This document shows, piece by piece, positions 27,660 to 42,269 of a stretch of 64,000 nt of DNA. This DNA is from Eledone cirrhosa (lineage: Eukaryota), in assembly GCA_964016885.1 (NCBI GenBank), contig OZ024750.1:50282001-50346000 (forward strand). The letters are read 5' to 3'. The notes under the pieces were generated by a model. It did not search any database. It saw only the letters and a program-made list of their open reading frames with translations, and was not told the origin of the DNA. The position numbers and the translations under genes were made by a program. Numbering within the stretch: the first letter of the stretch is position 1; every line of letters begins with the position of its first letter.

Positions 27660-29859
27660 TCCCGGGTTTGAGAAAGTACCAGATTGGAGACTGTTGCGAA
27701 TGAAATCACCAAAATGTCAATACGGGGAGAGGTACGAAAAAGCAGCATACCGCACCGTCCTTCCGGTGGGTTAACAGCGAAAGTGTTCAGGGCGTAGATA
27801 GAATGCCTGTTCAAATAACATATTGCACTCTTCATTCCATACACCAAAATTCGGCGATGGGTCTGCTACCCCTCCTGGGAGGCGTGAGATGGATGCACAA
27901 AAATGTGCGTATCCCAAGACACAAAATAGGGTTCGGAATGCAACAAACCTTGACAATTGAAACTTGGAACCTCAAGATACTTACAGGTAAGGAGCAGGAG
28001 CTAGCGGAGGAGGCTAGATGCTACTGGCTAGATATAGTCGGGGTTGCCTCAAAAAATGTCCGTTATTTTGATAATGTAGATTTGAATGAAGGGTGGAAGT
28101 TCCACTATTCAGGTGTGGCGCCAGAAATGACTGCACAGGCGGGAGCGGGGTTATTCACAAACCACCCCACCCCTCACTCTCCGCTGTCAGAATGTGTTAT
28201 GGACTGGCTTCCGTTAGGCGGAAGGATTTGCCTTTTTAATCTTAGGCTGAAAGATAGGTCTATATGGATGGTGCAAGTTTATGGACTAAAGAAGGTGTTC
28301 GAAGACAGGTCCTTCTATAATGAAGTTCCTGCAGCGTTAGGTGTAGTTAAGAGAGAGTCATATATCCTGACGGGAGACCTCAAGGTACTGGTGACCTGAT
28401 ATGGAAAGGAAAGTTTGGAAGGAATGGCGACCCGATCTAAATACGAATGGGGAGGCCTTACTGGACCTCTCTTTTAGCAATGGACTCTTTATTATGAACA
28501 CTTTCTTCAAACACAGAGATATCCATAAATATGCGTAGTATAAAGGGAATCAAGGACAGGCATCATCAATAATTGATTTTGGTATTGTCTCTGATCTCTG
28601 GCAGACCCAGGATAAATTAGGTTGCACTGGTCGATAAGAAAGTCATGACTAGTTACACAAATACTATTGTATCCAACTTCAGAGAAATCCCAGAGAAAAC
28701 TGAGGACTTTGAGAGAGAGTGGAGATTGTTCAGCTCATCAGTTTCTGCTTGAACTGTTAAATGCTGCAGGTGAAAGATGCTTGGTGTGGCACCAGGTGGC
28801 ATTAGGGCTCTTTGTTCAATCAAGAGGTCAAAATGCCACCCGAGCAAAGAAATAAGCATACAAAGCTTGGTTGGAAATAAATCCTCCTTCTTGCACTTGC
28901 AGGTACTAGCAGGCACGAAGAATCGCAGTAAAGGCTGAAAGTTAGACAAAAGTTAAGACATGGGAAGACTTTGGAGTTTTGCTGGAAGCCGACTTCACAT
29001 CAGTAAATAAAGTGATCTAGCAGATTATCTGCCGACCTTGTAATAAGATGTCCTTCTCCATACCTGCTATCAGGAACGCATCTGAGTGTTTTCTCTCTGC
29101 AGGGTGGTGCATCCTCGCGAGGTGGAGAGAATGAATTGCTGATCTCCTAAACACGATCACAGCAGTATCTTTGGATATACACGAAGTGCATCTGGGAGCA
29201 GTGACTAATCTCTCAGAGGCTGAGGTCACAAGACCTGTCAAAGAGCTCAAATGTAGAAAAGTCGCTGGGAAAATGAAATCCGACCCGAAATGTTAAAGGC
29301 CTTTAATTCAGAAGGTGTTCTCTTGCTGACCCATGTGTGTCCAGAGGCCAGGATCTTTGGAAAGGCATCTAAAATATGGCAATCAGGAGTGATAAACCCA
29401 ATTTTAAAAAAGGGCGACAAGAGATATTGTTCTAATTACAAATGAATCTCCTTGTTATTCTTCACCGGTAAAGTCTAAGCTAAGTCTCTGGCAAAGAGAT
29501 GTAGGGAGATCTCGTGTCAAGACCAGATTATGTACAGTGTCGTGTTTGCCACATACGCAGCACATCCAACCAAATGTTTACACTGCAGCAGTTCTTTGAG
29601 AAATCGTAGAGAATTGCCAAGAAGTATTTTCCTGTTTTATAGACCATGAAAATGCATATGTCCGCATTCCTCGGGATCTGCTGCGGAATTTTCTGCAGCA
29701 ATTTAGGTTCAATGGTCCGCTTCAGGTTGCCTTCATGTCTGTGTACGAATGCCCGATTATTTGTTTTCGGATAAATTGTGCTAAATCAAAACATTTCAAT
29801 GTTGCAGTCGCAATCCGCCAAGGGTGCGTACTGCGACCTATCATGTTCAATAATTTCAC

Positions 29860-29860
<1 letters not shown>
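27660..29860 (+). mobile_element. Decayed RTE-clade LINE (Expander/Rex3-like): APE endonuclease and 5' RT
   Basis: TWNLKILTGKEQELAEEARCYWLDIVGVAS, ILTGD, LFIMNTFFKHRDIHKY, PILKKGD...CSNY and GCVL.P. Truncated at (TA)n. Confidence 0.85.
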
Positions 29861-29936
<76 letters not shown>

Positions 29937-30104
29937 CCAAACTGAACTTAAAACGATAAGTTCTCGTTTTGGGGATATGTCAATATTTATAAAACAACTT
30001 TTGTATTTTATCTGATGAGTGTGTACCAAAATGTTGGTACCTTGAAATATATATAATAAAATAAATATGGTTTCATAAAGATACTTTCCATTTATTAATA
30101 TCTT

Positions 30105-30154
<50 letters not shown>

Positions 30155-30499
30155 TCAGGCCGTGTATCGGCCATCTTATTCCACTCTGAGCAACTCTGCA
30201 AAATATTATGATGATTGACGTGTTTGTAAATTGTAATACGACATACCTGCTTATTTTACATTTATGATAACGATGGAAAAGCAAGAGATGAGAATATTAA
30301 GTGAAACCAAACAATAATTGAATAACGTGTTTTCTTAATTTCATTCCATATTGCTATTGAATGTTATTGCGATTTAATATAAGTTATTAATCAACGTTCA
30401 TACACATTTCCTGCTGTAAAATACGTAATAATGCTGAGAGTGCATAAATCCACACGAAGTCTTTTCAGGCTAGTGAGCAGCTGGTTAAGCTACATAACG

Positions 30500-30810
30500 G
30501 GGACGTAGCATGGCTAAATGGTTAAGTGGTTCGGTTTGCAACCATACGGTCCCGAATTCAATCCCATTGTGTTTCACCTGAAGCAAGTGACGTTCCTATC
30601 GACTTGAGCCTTGAGAATAAATTTAGGTGGATGGAAACCCATGGGGTGTAACTGTAATTCCACATCACGTTGAATTCCCTGGAGAACTACGTAACGAATA
30701 CACGTTGCTGTATCGAAAACTGGAACAATTGCATGTTAATTTCAAGAGGAGATTGTTCCGTTGATCGAACAACTGGAACCCACATCACCGAAATCGATGG
30801 AGATCCGATT
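30500..30810 (+). mobile_element. Decayed OR-like tRNA SINE
   Basis: tggctaaatggttaag A box and gaattcaatccc B box. Confidence 0.55.
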
Positions 30811-30914
30811 TATTCCAAAAAGATATTAACAAGAGTTGGTGTAATTTTGAGTGTCATGCATGTGAAATTTTCCTCGTATGTGACTGAAGAAAACTCGGGA
30901 TTGTGGGCTGCTTA

Positions 30915-31670
30915 GAGTTGTAGCATCCTAGGCGTTGTAATCTGCAAGACATTGGTGACAGCTATAGACTGGCAGGAGTTGTACAGCGCCAGAGGTTGTA
31001 GACTGTCAGTGGTGTAGAATGGCAGGAGATGTAAACTGCTAACTGTTGTAAATTACAAAAGTTTGGAGACTGCTAGCTGCTAGATCTGTACGCTGCCAGT
31101 GGTTGTAGGCTGCTAAAGGTTGTAAATTCCAGATATTGTAGAACTGCTAGATGTTGGAGACAGCTTGATGTGCAGATCGTTAGATATTGTAAACTGCCAG
31201 GTGTTATGGATTTCTGGACATCATAGATTACTAGTGGTTGGGGACTGCTGGAATTTGTAGACTGCTAAAGATTGTAAAATGATAGAAGTTATAAGATCCT
31301 AGAGAATGTGGATTGCTAGCGGTATAGGTTGCCAGATGTTGTCGACTGTTATAGTTTGTAGATTTCTAGCGGTTGTAGACTGCCAGAAGGTGGAGGAATT
31401 TCGAGGTGGCAGACTGATAACTTTGTACACAAACAGATATGTTAGGGATCTACACTCCTAGAGCTTGTAGAACGCTAGATGTCGTGGACAACTAGACATT
31501 GAAGGCTGCCAGAGGCTAGAGGCTGCTCGAAGACGTTGGAGACAGCAATGTGTTGTAGACAACTAGACGTTTTAAACTGTTAGATGTGTAGAGTGATAGA
31601 GGTTGTAGAAAGCTAAATATATATGACTGCCACAGGTTGTAAAGAGTTAGAAGTTATAGTATACCAGAGA
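30915..31670. repeat. Degenerate ~17-bp minisatellite, roughly 40 units
   Basis: Recurrent ggttgtagactgc(c/t)aga. Confidence 0.75.
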
Positions 31671-32106
31671 CAAAATACTGATGCACGTGGGTCTGTGTAT
31701 CTATCAAGTTCCGTGTTCCTGTTCCTAAGTTCCGTGCAGAATTCACGTCATTCACTAACAAAGTGAACTAAAAGAAAGTACAAAGAATTTATAAATATTC
31801 TAATTTCGTTTTTAATTTTCGGCAAGGCCAGCCGTAAAATCTCTTGGTATGCAATAGAGGCTATCCAACTGATGTATACTTTAGAAAATACTATATATTT
31901 TCATCAGTTCAATCGAGTAGCAGATAGCTATGCTGTCAAGTGGAAGGACAATGACCCAGAAACATGGTGATTTTTCCTCGATACTAGCTAGCAAACAGAT
32001 TGCGATATCCTTCAAAACACAGCATAACTTAATAAGGCCATTTCCTTGAAAACGAATAGAATAGGTTTTTATTATTCTTTAATATAACCTATACTTACAG
32101 AGGTAT

Positions 32107-32149
32107 ACAGTCCTGATGATGGGTAATGACCCAGAAACATGTTGATTGT
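32107..32149 (+). ncRNA. Minimal type I hammerhead ribozyme (intact)
   Basis: ACAGTC-CTGATGA-TGGGT AATG ACCCA-GAAA-CATG-TT-GATTGT. Palindromic stem III ACAUGU. A partial direct-repeat copy lies at 31950-31980. Confidence 0.8.
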
Positions 32150-32239
32150 TCCTCAAAGCCAGTGTTGAAAAAGCAGGTGACGATTGGTCAGCTTCAAATC
32201 GGGCCGTTTGTTTACAAACGAATGGAGCTTTATTATTAA

Positions 32240-32404
32240 AGGTCGGACGCCATGATTTGCAGCACAGTTACGTCCCTTTGCAGACTACTTCAAATCCCGC
32301 CGAGGTTAACTTTGCCTTTCATCCTTACGGGGTCGATAAAATAAAGTACCAGTAATACACTGTGATAATTGCTGGCCTTGTGCCAAAAGTAGAAATAATT
32401 ATTA
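32240..32404 (+). mobile_element. OK-like SINE
   Basis: ttcaaatcccgccgaggttaactttgcctttcatccttacggggtcgataaaataaagtaccag. Confidence 0.8.
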
Positions 32405-32479
32405 ATGTTCGATATAGCCCATACGTACATATGTATGTGTATATATGTGTACATGTATAAATGTATTGTATTGAGTTTT

Positions 32480-35390
32480 TCGTTCCTATTTCCCTACCTG
32501 TCTCTCTTTATCCTCGTTGCATTCACCCCCTTTGTTCCACTTCCCCCTTGTAATACACACTTCTCCTCTCTTCCACCATCCCCCCTTGGTTTGTGACCAC
32601 CCCTCTTCTTAGACGCCCCACCATGGCTAGCCTGAAATCCTTTCTCCACCAACACCACACCCGCCTCAAACAGCCTCTCACCCCTCTCCCCCAGCCCTGC
32701 TATCGCCCTTCGGCCCTCCAAATCTCCTCCCTCCGCTTCGCTAACACCCGGCATTCCTACCTCATCTATTTCCTCAGCCGCTGCCTCCACCTCCACCTCA
32801 TCCCCCACGGCTTCCGACACCAATTCCACACCGCCCCTCTTGCTTGCCCCTCCACCCAACACATTCTCACCCGCTCCTCGCCTCTCCTCATGCGCGCCTC
32901 CGTCCGCTCCTCCCTCTCCACCATCCGCAACTTTGACCACAAACTCCCCCCGCTCACACCATCCTATTCATCCATAACCTCAACCATGACCTATTCTCCT
33001 TCCCCTCTTCCACCAAGGCCCTCAAGCTCCACTCACTCCTGCAACTACCCCACTGAACTCATCTCAGCTTTTCTCGATTCCATCCTCACCCGCCCTCGTC
33101 ACCTTCCTCCCCTCCCACAACCCCGACACCAACCACGACCTTCGCCTTTTTGACTAAATCACCTTCCCACCCGGCCCACACCCTTCCTCTTCACCCAAGA
33201 CATTAAGTCCCTCAACACAATCATCCCCCACGCCAATGGCCTACTCGCCCTCCGGCACTACCTCGACTTTCGCACCACCCCACACCCCGTCGCCATCGAC
33301 TCCTGCCACCGCTCCCTCATCACCTCTGCCTTCTTCAAACCCACCTCTTCCCACTCCTACCCCGGCTTCACCTCTTCCCACCCTACTCACACCAAACACT
33401 ACATTCCTCACGCCCAACCCCTCCGGAGCCCACCCCTCTGCAGAGGAGATGCTGAATTCGAGACCCAGGCTCTTTCTCTGGTCAGCCATTTCACCTGGAG
33501 ACGTTACGCCCCCTTCCCCGTCCATGCCACCCTCACCCGCGACAGCGCAGTCCGCCGCCCCACCGACCCATCCACCTCTTCCAACTACACTTCCCCACCC
33601 TCCCCTCCTTCAAACTCGCTCACAACCTCCGCAACTCCCTACGCCCAATCCCCGTTCGCCCCTGTTCCCTTCCCTGCTCCAGACACCACTGCCACATATG
33701 CCCCCACGTTACCAACACTAGCACCTTCTAGTCTCTTAACGGCCACTCTCCGCAGCACCACCTCCTCCAACCTAGTTTATGGACTTCGAAGCACGGACTG
33801 CAGTGCCACCTATGTCGGACAGACCGGACGTCGCCTGGCGGATCGGTTCAGGGAGCACTTCCGAGACATTCGTATGAGCGGGAGATCCACCATCGCCCAC
33901 CACTTTGATACAACTGGACACTCCGGCAGCAACCTCACCGTTTGCGGCCTGATTGAATGCCATTGGGCCCCCGAAACCCGACTTAGGGCCGAACAACCCA
34001 CCATCTTCACTCTACAGACCCACACACCCCCAGGCCTGAACTCCCCAGCCCGTCTTCCTTTCGCCTGCGACCCCCTTACTAATAATACTAACACCCACCC
34101 TACCATACACACACGCTCTCACACCCAAACACGCACACACACCAGTATATTACACTCACTCATACTGCACCCGGCACCTTCTCTTTTCCCCCCGTACTAC
34201 AAACACCCCCACACACCCACATCCTACTAACACCGCCACTAATATACACACAACCCCCTACACATACCGCCACCCTCTCCCTCAACTTTTCACACTTGTG
34301 GGTTAGTGCGAAAAGTTTGAAGGAGAGGATGGCGGCGCGTGTAGGGATTTGTGTGTATTTTAGTGGCGGTGTCCACCGCACCTCCGCCACCTACCACTCC
34401 TGTCCACCGCACCTCGGCCACCTACCACTCCTGTCCACCGCACCTCCGCCACCTACCACTCCTTTCCACCGCCCCTCCGCCACCTACCACTCCTGTCCAC
34501 CGCTCCTCCGCCATCTACCACTCCTTTCCACCGCCCCTCCGCCACCTACCACTCCTGTCCACCGCACCTCCGCCACCTACAACTCGCCTGACGGTTCCCT
34601 ACCTTCTTGAACGCTATCTTTTCTCCCTCTCTGGTACACTTCACCCTGCCTTCTCTACCCCATGCCTTGACCTTCTTGACCACTTCCTGTTGCGCGCGCA
34701 CCCCACAACTTTCTACTTCCTCTTCACCAATTCCACGGATCCTACACCGCTGGTCACACTCTCAGGACATCTACCAGATAATAACCTGACTTTCGCCATC
34801 TGTCCACACACTCACCGGAAAAACATTCAGTAACACACAAACACTTACACCATTTTCGGACACACGCAACCATATATCCCCCGTATCCACACCACACAAA
34901 AACACATACATCCGTGCGTATCCTCACATACACCCACACTGCCTCCGAACTCCGCACGCTCCCTCTCTCCCGCCACTTCCAATCACTCTCCATCCACACG
35001 CACACACACAGACTTAACACTCCACCCTATGTACACACTGATTTTCCTAATACCCGAGCATGGAACCGTGGTCTTCCCCAATTTCCCATTCACAACTACG
35101 CATACAAACACACGTACACCTACACACATACACACACACCACCTTCCGCCCTCCCCGCTCACACCCCCAAGTCCCTTCTCTCCTCCCCCTTTCCCTCCAT
35201 CCACCTACCACCACCTCTACACGCCTCACACCCTTTCACCACTTGTTTTCATTTTAATTTTTTTTCCTTCATTTAATTTGTTTCCCTTTATATTAATGTC
35301 TTTCAAACCACCACCACCCCTTCAAACTCTCTAGGAACTATTTTCCTTCCCACCTTTCTCCGGATGAAGAGCTTATGCCCGAAACGCCCC
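32480..35390 (+). mobile_element. C-rich, internally deleted Neptune-type Penelope-like element with terminal HHR remnant
   Basis: PTELISAFLDSIL, LFTQDIKSLNTIIPH (RT), TSSNLVY...TYVGQTGRRLADRFREH, IAHHF...GH and TLQTHTPPGLN (GIY-YIG). HHR-like CGGATGA-A-GAGC TTAT GCCC-GAAACG at 35361-35386. Confidence 0.85.
34371..34585. repeat. 31-bp minisatellite, ~7 copies, inside the PLE 3' region
   Basis: Unit gtccaccgcacctccgccacctaccactcct. Confidence 0.9.
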
Positions 35391-35521
35391 CCCCCCCCCA
35401 CACACACACACAATCAAGCGTGAACGTAATACCAAACACTGTTAGTAACTGCACTCTCTTTTATTTTTTTTGATTTTTACTTTTCCATATATATATATGT
35501 ATATGTGTGTGTGTGTGTATT

Positions 35522-35554
<33 letters not shown>

Positions 35555-35639
35555 TTGCGTGTGTGTGTTTGCGTGTGTGTACATGTGCATACTTACATGT
35601 ATGTATCAGTTGTGCTAGGTCGAGAAATAAAATCCTAAT

Positions 35640-35695
35640 TTTGCAGCTCAAACTAGGAGCAGTTAATTTTAACTGCTCCTAGTTTGAGCTGCAAA
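35640..35695. repeat. Perfect 27-bp-arm hairpin
   Basis: TTTGCAGCTCAAACTAGGAGCAGTTAA-TT-TTAACTGCTCCTAGTTTGAGCTGCAAA. Confidence 0.9.
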
Positions 35696-36109
35696 GCCGC
35701 CTCATATATACGACTGTTATTTCTAGCAGTACGGTTATGAGACTAGTTAGATACTGTAAAGCCATGTGCGCCACGCAGTCTTTTAAATTATTTAGAAGTG
35801 AAGCATATCAATTTGTCTCTGGATGTTTACTGAGGAGAGCGGGACATGATAGCCTACACTTATTTAACTCGAAACATATTTGGATCTTAAAGTCTAAACT
35901 TATCTACGGAACAGGTTTGATTTTGAAATTTAAATGTGTCTAAACATCACGGCCTTTTGCCAATACAGTTCGTCTCCGTTGATTTATTATTTTAAATCGA
36001 TATGGACAAACTGTAGTATAATAATTAGTATACTTCAATCTGGCTAAATTTTTCTTTTGCAATATATATACAGATGTGTTAGTATCTGTGTTTCATCACA
36101 TACATATTA

Positions 36110-36148
<39 letters not shown>

Positions 36149-36149
36149 G

Positions 36150-37736
<1,587 letters not shown>

Positions 37737-37881
37737 ATTCTTTATTCTTACCCCTCGTTTTCGAGAACATCATTTATATTTAAGTTAAATTCTGACCCGC
37801 ACTTCCCTAATATGCCAAACTAGGCACACATGTCATTCCTCTCCGCAATATTCTGTCAATTTCTTCTTTCATATAAATTCT

Positions 37882-37919
37882 ATCTTCTGACGAAGGACAA
37901 GTGTCCGAAATGTTAAGAT
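37882..37919 (+). ncRNA. Minimal hammerhead ribozyme, family E
   Basis: ATCTT-CTGACGA-A-GGAC AAGT GTCC-GAAA-TG-TT-AAGAT. A decayed relative lies on the minus strand at 58126-58162. Confidence 0.75.
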
Positions 37920-38215
37920 TATTTTTCAAATATATCAAGCCTTAAGTTAGAATATATCTTCAGTGCACTGTATTGTTCCCCTGTTTTGCATTTTCATTTA
38001 CTTTTCACATACACACATGTATATTTACACACACAAACACACACACACAAATATATATGTGCCTGTGCGTGTATGTATTTATGTATACATACATATATAT
38101 ATATAGGTATATACATATATAAATATATATACGTACGCACACACACACACATGTACATAGATATATATGTATATATATCTACATGTATACATATGTGTGT
38201 GTATATATACATATG

Positions 38216-38247
<32 letters not shown>

Positions 38248-38679
38248 TGTATGTATGTACCAGGGGACTTCAATATGTTCATGGAAAAAGTACATAGCTA
38301 ATGTCGATATGCTGGGACTTTAATGTCAATGCACCTCTACCTGCAGGTACTAAGTTGTTATAACATGTTCTAACATGCAATCTTAAATGCGGGTTGCAAC
38401 GCGGCGCCGCTAGTCGGTAGTCAGCATCCACTCGAGCAACATGGCCTTATTTAAAACATGAAATTCATGGTGAAGACCGGTAGCTTCATGAATAGCTGTA
38501 TACGAGGTTTCAATATATATCTGTATAGAGCTATCTTCGAAGCTATACACTATTTCTATTCTATTATAAGTTGAGCCAACTTATGCAGTTTCATATGCAA
38601 ATGAAATTAGTAACCTCATTTACACAGACAAGAAAACGATATGTTCTCGCCTGTTTTCACGTCCAGCAGTCGCGAGTGT

Positions 38680-38736
38680 GGGACAGGTCGTCCTGATGAG
38701 AACCAGTTAAGTTCTAATTGCATCGACGATTGTCCC
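38680..38736 (+). ncRNA. Hammerhead ribozyme with mutated GAAA (TAAT) and long stem I
   Basis: GGGACAGGTCGTC-CTGATGA-GAAC CAGTTAA GTTC-TAAT-TGCA-TC-GACGATTGTCCC. Confidence 0.6.
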
Positions 38737-38872
38737 CCCTCTCTTCTGCTGGACACCACCAGAGGGCGAAAGCCCCGGAGTTTTGCATAGCTACGGCTTT
38801 CTAAATTGTTATCTATAAACATACCTCTCTTCTTTAGAAAGAGTATATTTCAATATATATATATGTATGTAA

Positions 38873-38989
<117 letters not shown>

Positions 38990-39158
38990 CGTGCGTGTGT
39001 GTGTGTGTGTGTGTGTGCGTCCGTGTATGTGTACGCACATATATATATATATATAGATATATAGATATATATATATATATATTTATTAAAATATCAGATT
39101 AAAGTTTAAGCAAAGAATCGAGCCCTCTTTGGATTTTAGTCTTCAAATTTATTATTAT

Positions 39159-39217
<59 letters not shown>

Positions 39218-39791
39218 TACGTATATATATATATACAAATATATATATATATATATGTATATGTGTACATACGTATATATATATATATACAAATATATAT
39301 ATATATATATATGTATACTATGCCTGAAGACGACCATATATACATATATATGATCGTCTTCAGGTATAAGCACCAGGACTGACATGTACCTGTAGACGCG
39401 CATCGTGCAGCCGACAGTGTGAAACCTGGGAATGCACGGCAGAGATAGAGAGACGGTTGAACGCATTACACTAGCAGTGCCTGAGAATGATCCTTCTTTT
39501 GTACTGGCGCGAACGAGAGCAAACCAAGGAAATCTAGCGTGGTGGACGCTGTAGGGGTTAGGCACGGAACACCGTTTCCGCCTGACGATAGAACCCCACT
39601 GGAAAACAGCGATGAACTTGATTCCACCTGGCGGCAAATGGAAGCATATTTATCCCAGGACAATCTGGCAAAAAACGTTCGAAAAAGAGACTACTTACTG
39701 CTTGATACGCCGAAAGTCGCGGAAGAACCTAAGTCTAAGATATTTATACACGTGTATCTGTGTATATAGAAATATATATATGTATATATAT

Positions 39792-39835
<44 letters not shown>

Positions 39836-39995
39836 GAGAGGTATAGAGATTGTTTTAGCAAGAAGCTAACGGCATTCTATAACATATATATATATATGTA
39901 TGTATGTATATATATATATATGTATATGTATGCATACATAGATGTATATGTATATACACATATATATATGTATATATGTAATATGTGTATATATG

Positions 39996-40032
<37 letters not shown>

Positions 40033-40035
40033 TTG

Positions 40036-40074
<39 letters not shown>

Positions 40075-40382
40075 GAACTAGGTAACTATCTGCTATGAGC
40101 GTATTTAAGTATGCATACATGTATGTATTTAACTAATTTAAGAAGATTCATTCTTCAAGACAAGAATACAAATATGTAATGAAATGTTTAAGCATCGACA
40201 GAAATAAACACAGTTCAATCAAATCCCAGCACATCTAGAGAATGTTGAATAAAGAAAAGAAAATCAGTGCTGTTTATCTTCGATCAGACCAACAGTTATA
40301 AAACAGACGATGAGCAAATAGGTAACACACATATATATGCATATACACATTCATACATAAATACATACATACACACTCACAA

Positions 40383-40415
<33 letters not shown>

Positions 40416-40426
40416 CATATATATAC

Positions 40427-40493
<67 letters not shown>

Positions 40494-40588
40494 TACCCTC
40501 ACACAGGAAAATATATATGTATAATATACATATACATATATATATGAATAACATACATATACATATATATATCTACACACACACACAT

Positions 40589-40619
<31 letters not shown>

Positions 40620-40642
40620 CATATATACATATATGTATATAT

Positions 40643-40756
<114 letters not shown>

Positions 40757-40804
40757 ATATATTTATATCTATATATCTATATATATATATATATATATAC
40801 ATAT

Positions 40805-40837
<33 letters not shown>

Positions 40838-40880
40838 TATATCTATATATCTATATATATATATATATATATATACATAT

Positions 40881-40926
<46 letters not shown>

Positions 40927-40962
40927 ATATATCTATATATATATATATATATATATACATAT

Positions 40963-41069
<107 letters not shown>

Positions 41070-41204
41070 GAGATAAATAAATTGAAACGTACACTATAAA
41101 ATAGTATAGGAAGGTATTGGCAAACAATAACTGACATAACTAACAGACGACAAGACTTTGTCACGATTGGATAACAAATGGATAAAGAATGAATGAATAC
41201 CAAG

Positions 41205-41245
<41 letters not shown>

Positions 41246-41664
41246 CAGGACAGGCAAAGACGCTTTAAAAATCACCGCTAAGACTAAAGTGATATTGATT
41301 GTGAATTTGAAACTCGTAAAATCGTATATAATGAAGCAGAGAATAAAAACTTATACAGAATATTTGAATTCTGTATAGAAGCTATCGATTCTATGCTTCC
41401 CGACTCCCAGTGGTAGCTACACCAGACAACACAGATTTAGAGGTGTCATATACTGCAATATATTCTGGTATTGTGTAATGTATTTTAAGAAAAAAACATA
41501 TATACATCACAAAAGGACAAAATCTCTATTTTGTGGAAGATATGGAACATAAACTTGAAGCAAACACTTTTAAAACATAGACAAGATTTTGTTTTGAACA
41601 AGTTCGCATCATTATCACTTCTTCTCGAGAGTTCGATCCCAATAAAACAAATCTCTGCTGCAGA

Positions 41665-41749
<85 letters not shown>

Positions 41750-41750
<1 letters not shown>

Positions 41751-42060
41751 GTCATTTACGTAGAGTATTTCCAGGGCTTCAGCGGCGCAATGATCACGTG
41801 GTATTTTATTTCCGTTATACGATCTAGTCTACCTAGGATCGCCTAGTGTAACCTATGTTGGATGTGGTTGTCTTTTAGACTCCAGATTTAAGCTGAAAGT
41901 GACGTCATATTCCTTCTTAAAGGGTTAAGAAAAGAATGGATGTGCATGTAAAGGCACTGCTTGTAACTATTGGCAGTTAACCCTATGTAGGTCCTACGGG
42001 ATGTGGGTGTTTCAACCTTACATTTATAGACAATGTTTGCCCGTGTGTAGATAGACGGAC
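41750..42060 (-). mobile_element. Inverted copy of the GIY-YIG 3' end of the adjacent Nematis-type PLE
   Basis: NIVYKCKVET..RRTYIGLTANSYKQ. Reverse complement of 44370-44645. Confidence 0.8.
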
Positions 42061-42269
42061 AAGCGTCAAAGAAACGTATCTTACCAGCGTTTGTGTTCAT
42101 GTATGTGCGAGTGTTTATGTGTAGGTGCATGTTTATGCATGCATGGCGGGTGTTTGCACGTCCATGTACGTATATGGATGCGGGTATGTATATATTTAAT
42201 TAATATTGCTTCATAACCTCCGTCATTTTCGTTCTACTAATTTATTTACATTATTCTTAACTCTGAAGC

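Noticed and set aside
34371-34585. Regular 31-bp repeats as a CRISPR array or extensin-like ORF
   Set aside because: There are no unique spacers; it is a minisatellite inside a eukaryotic retroelement.
39573-39642. CTGACGA...GGAAAAC possible HHR
   Set aside because: Stem II is weak and there is no NUH site or stem III in register with the flanking helix.
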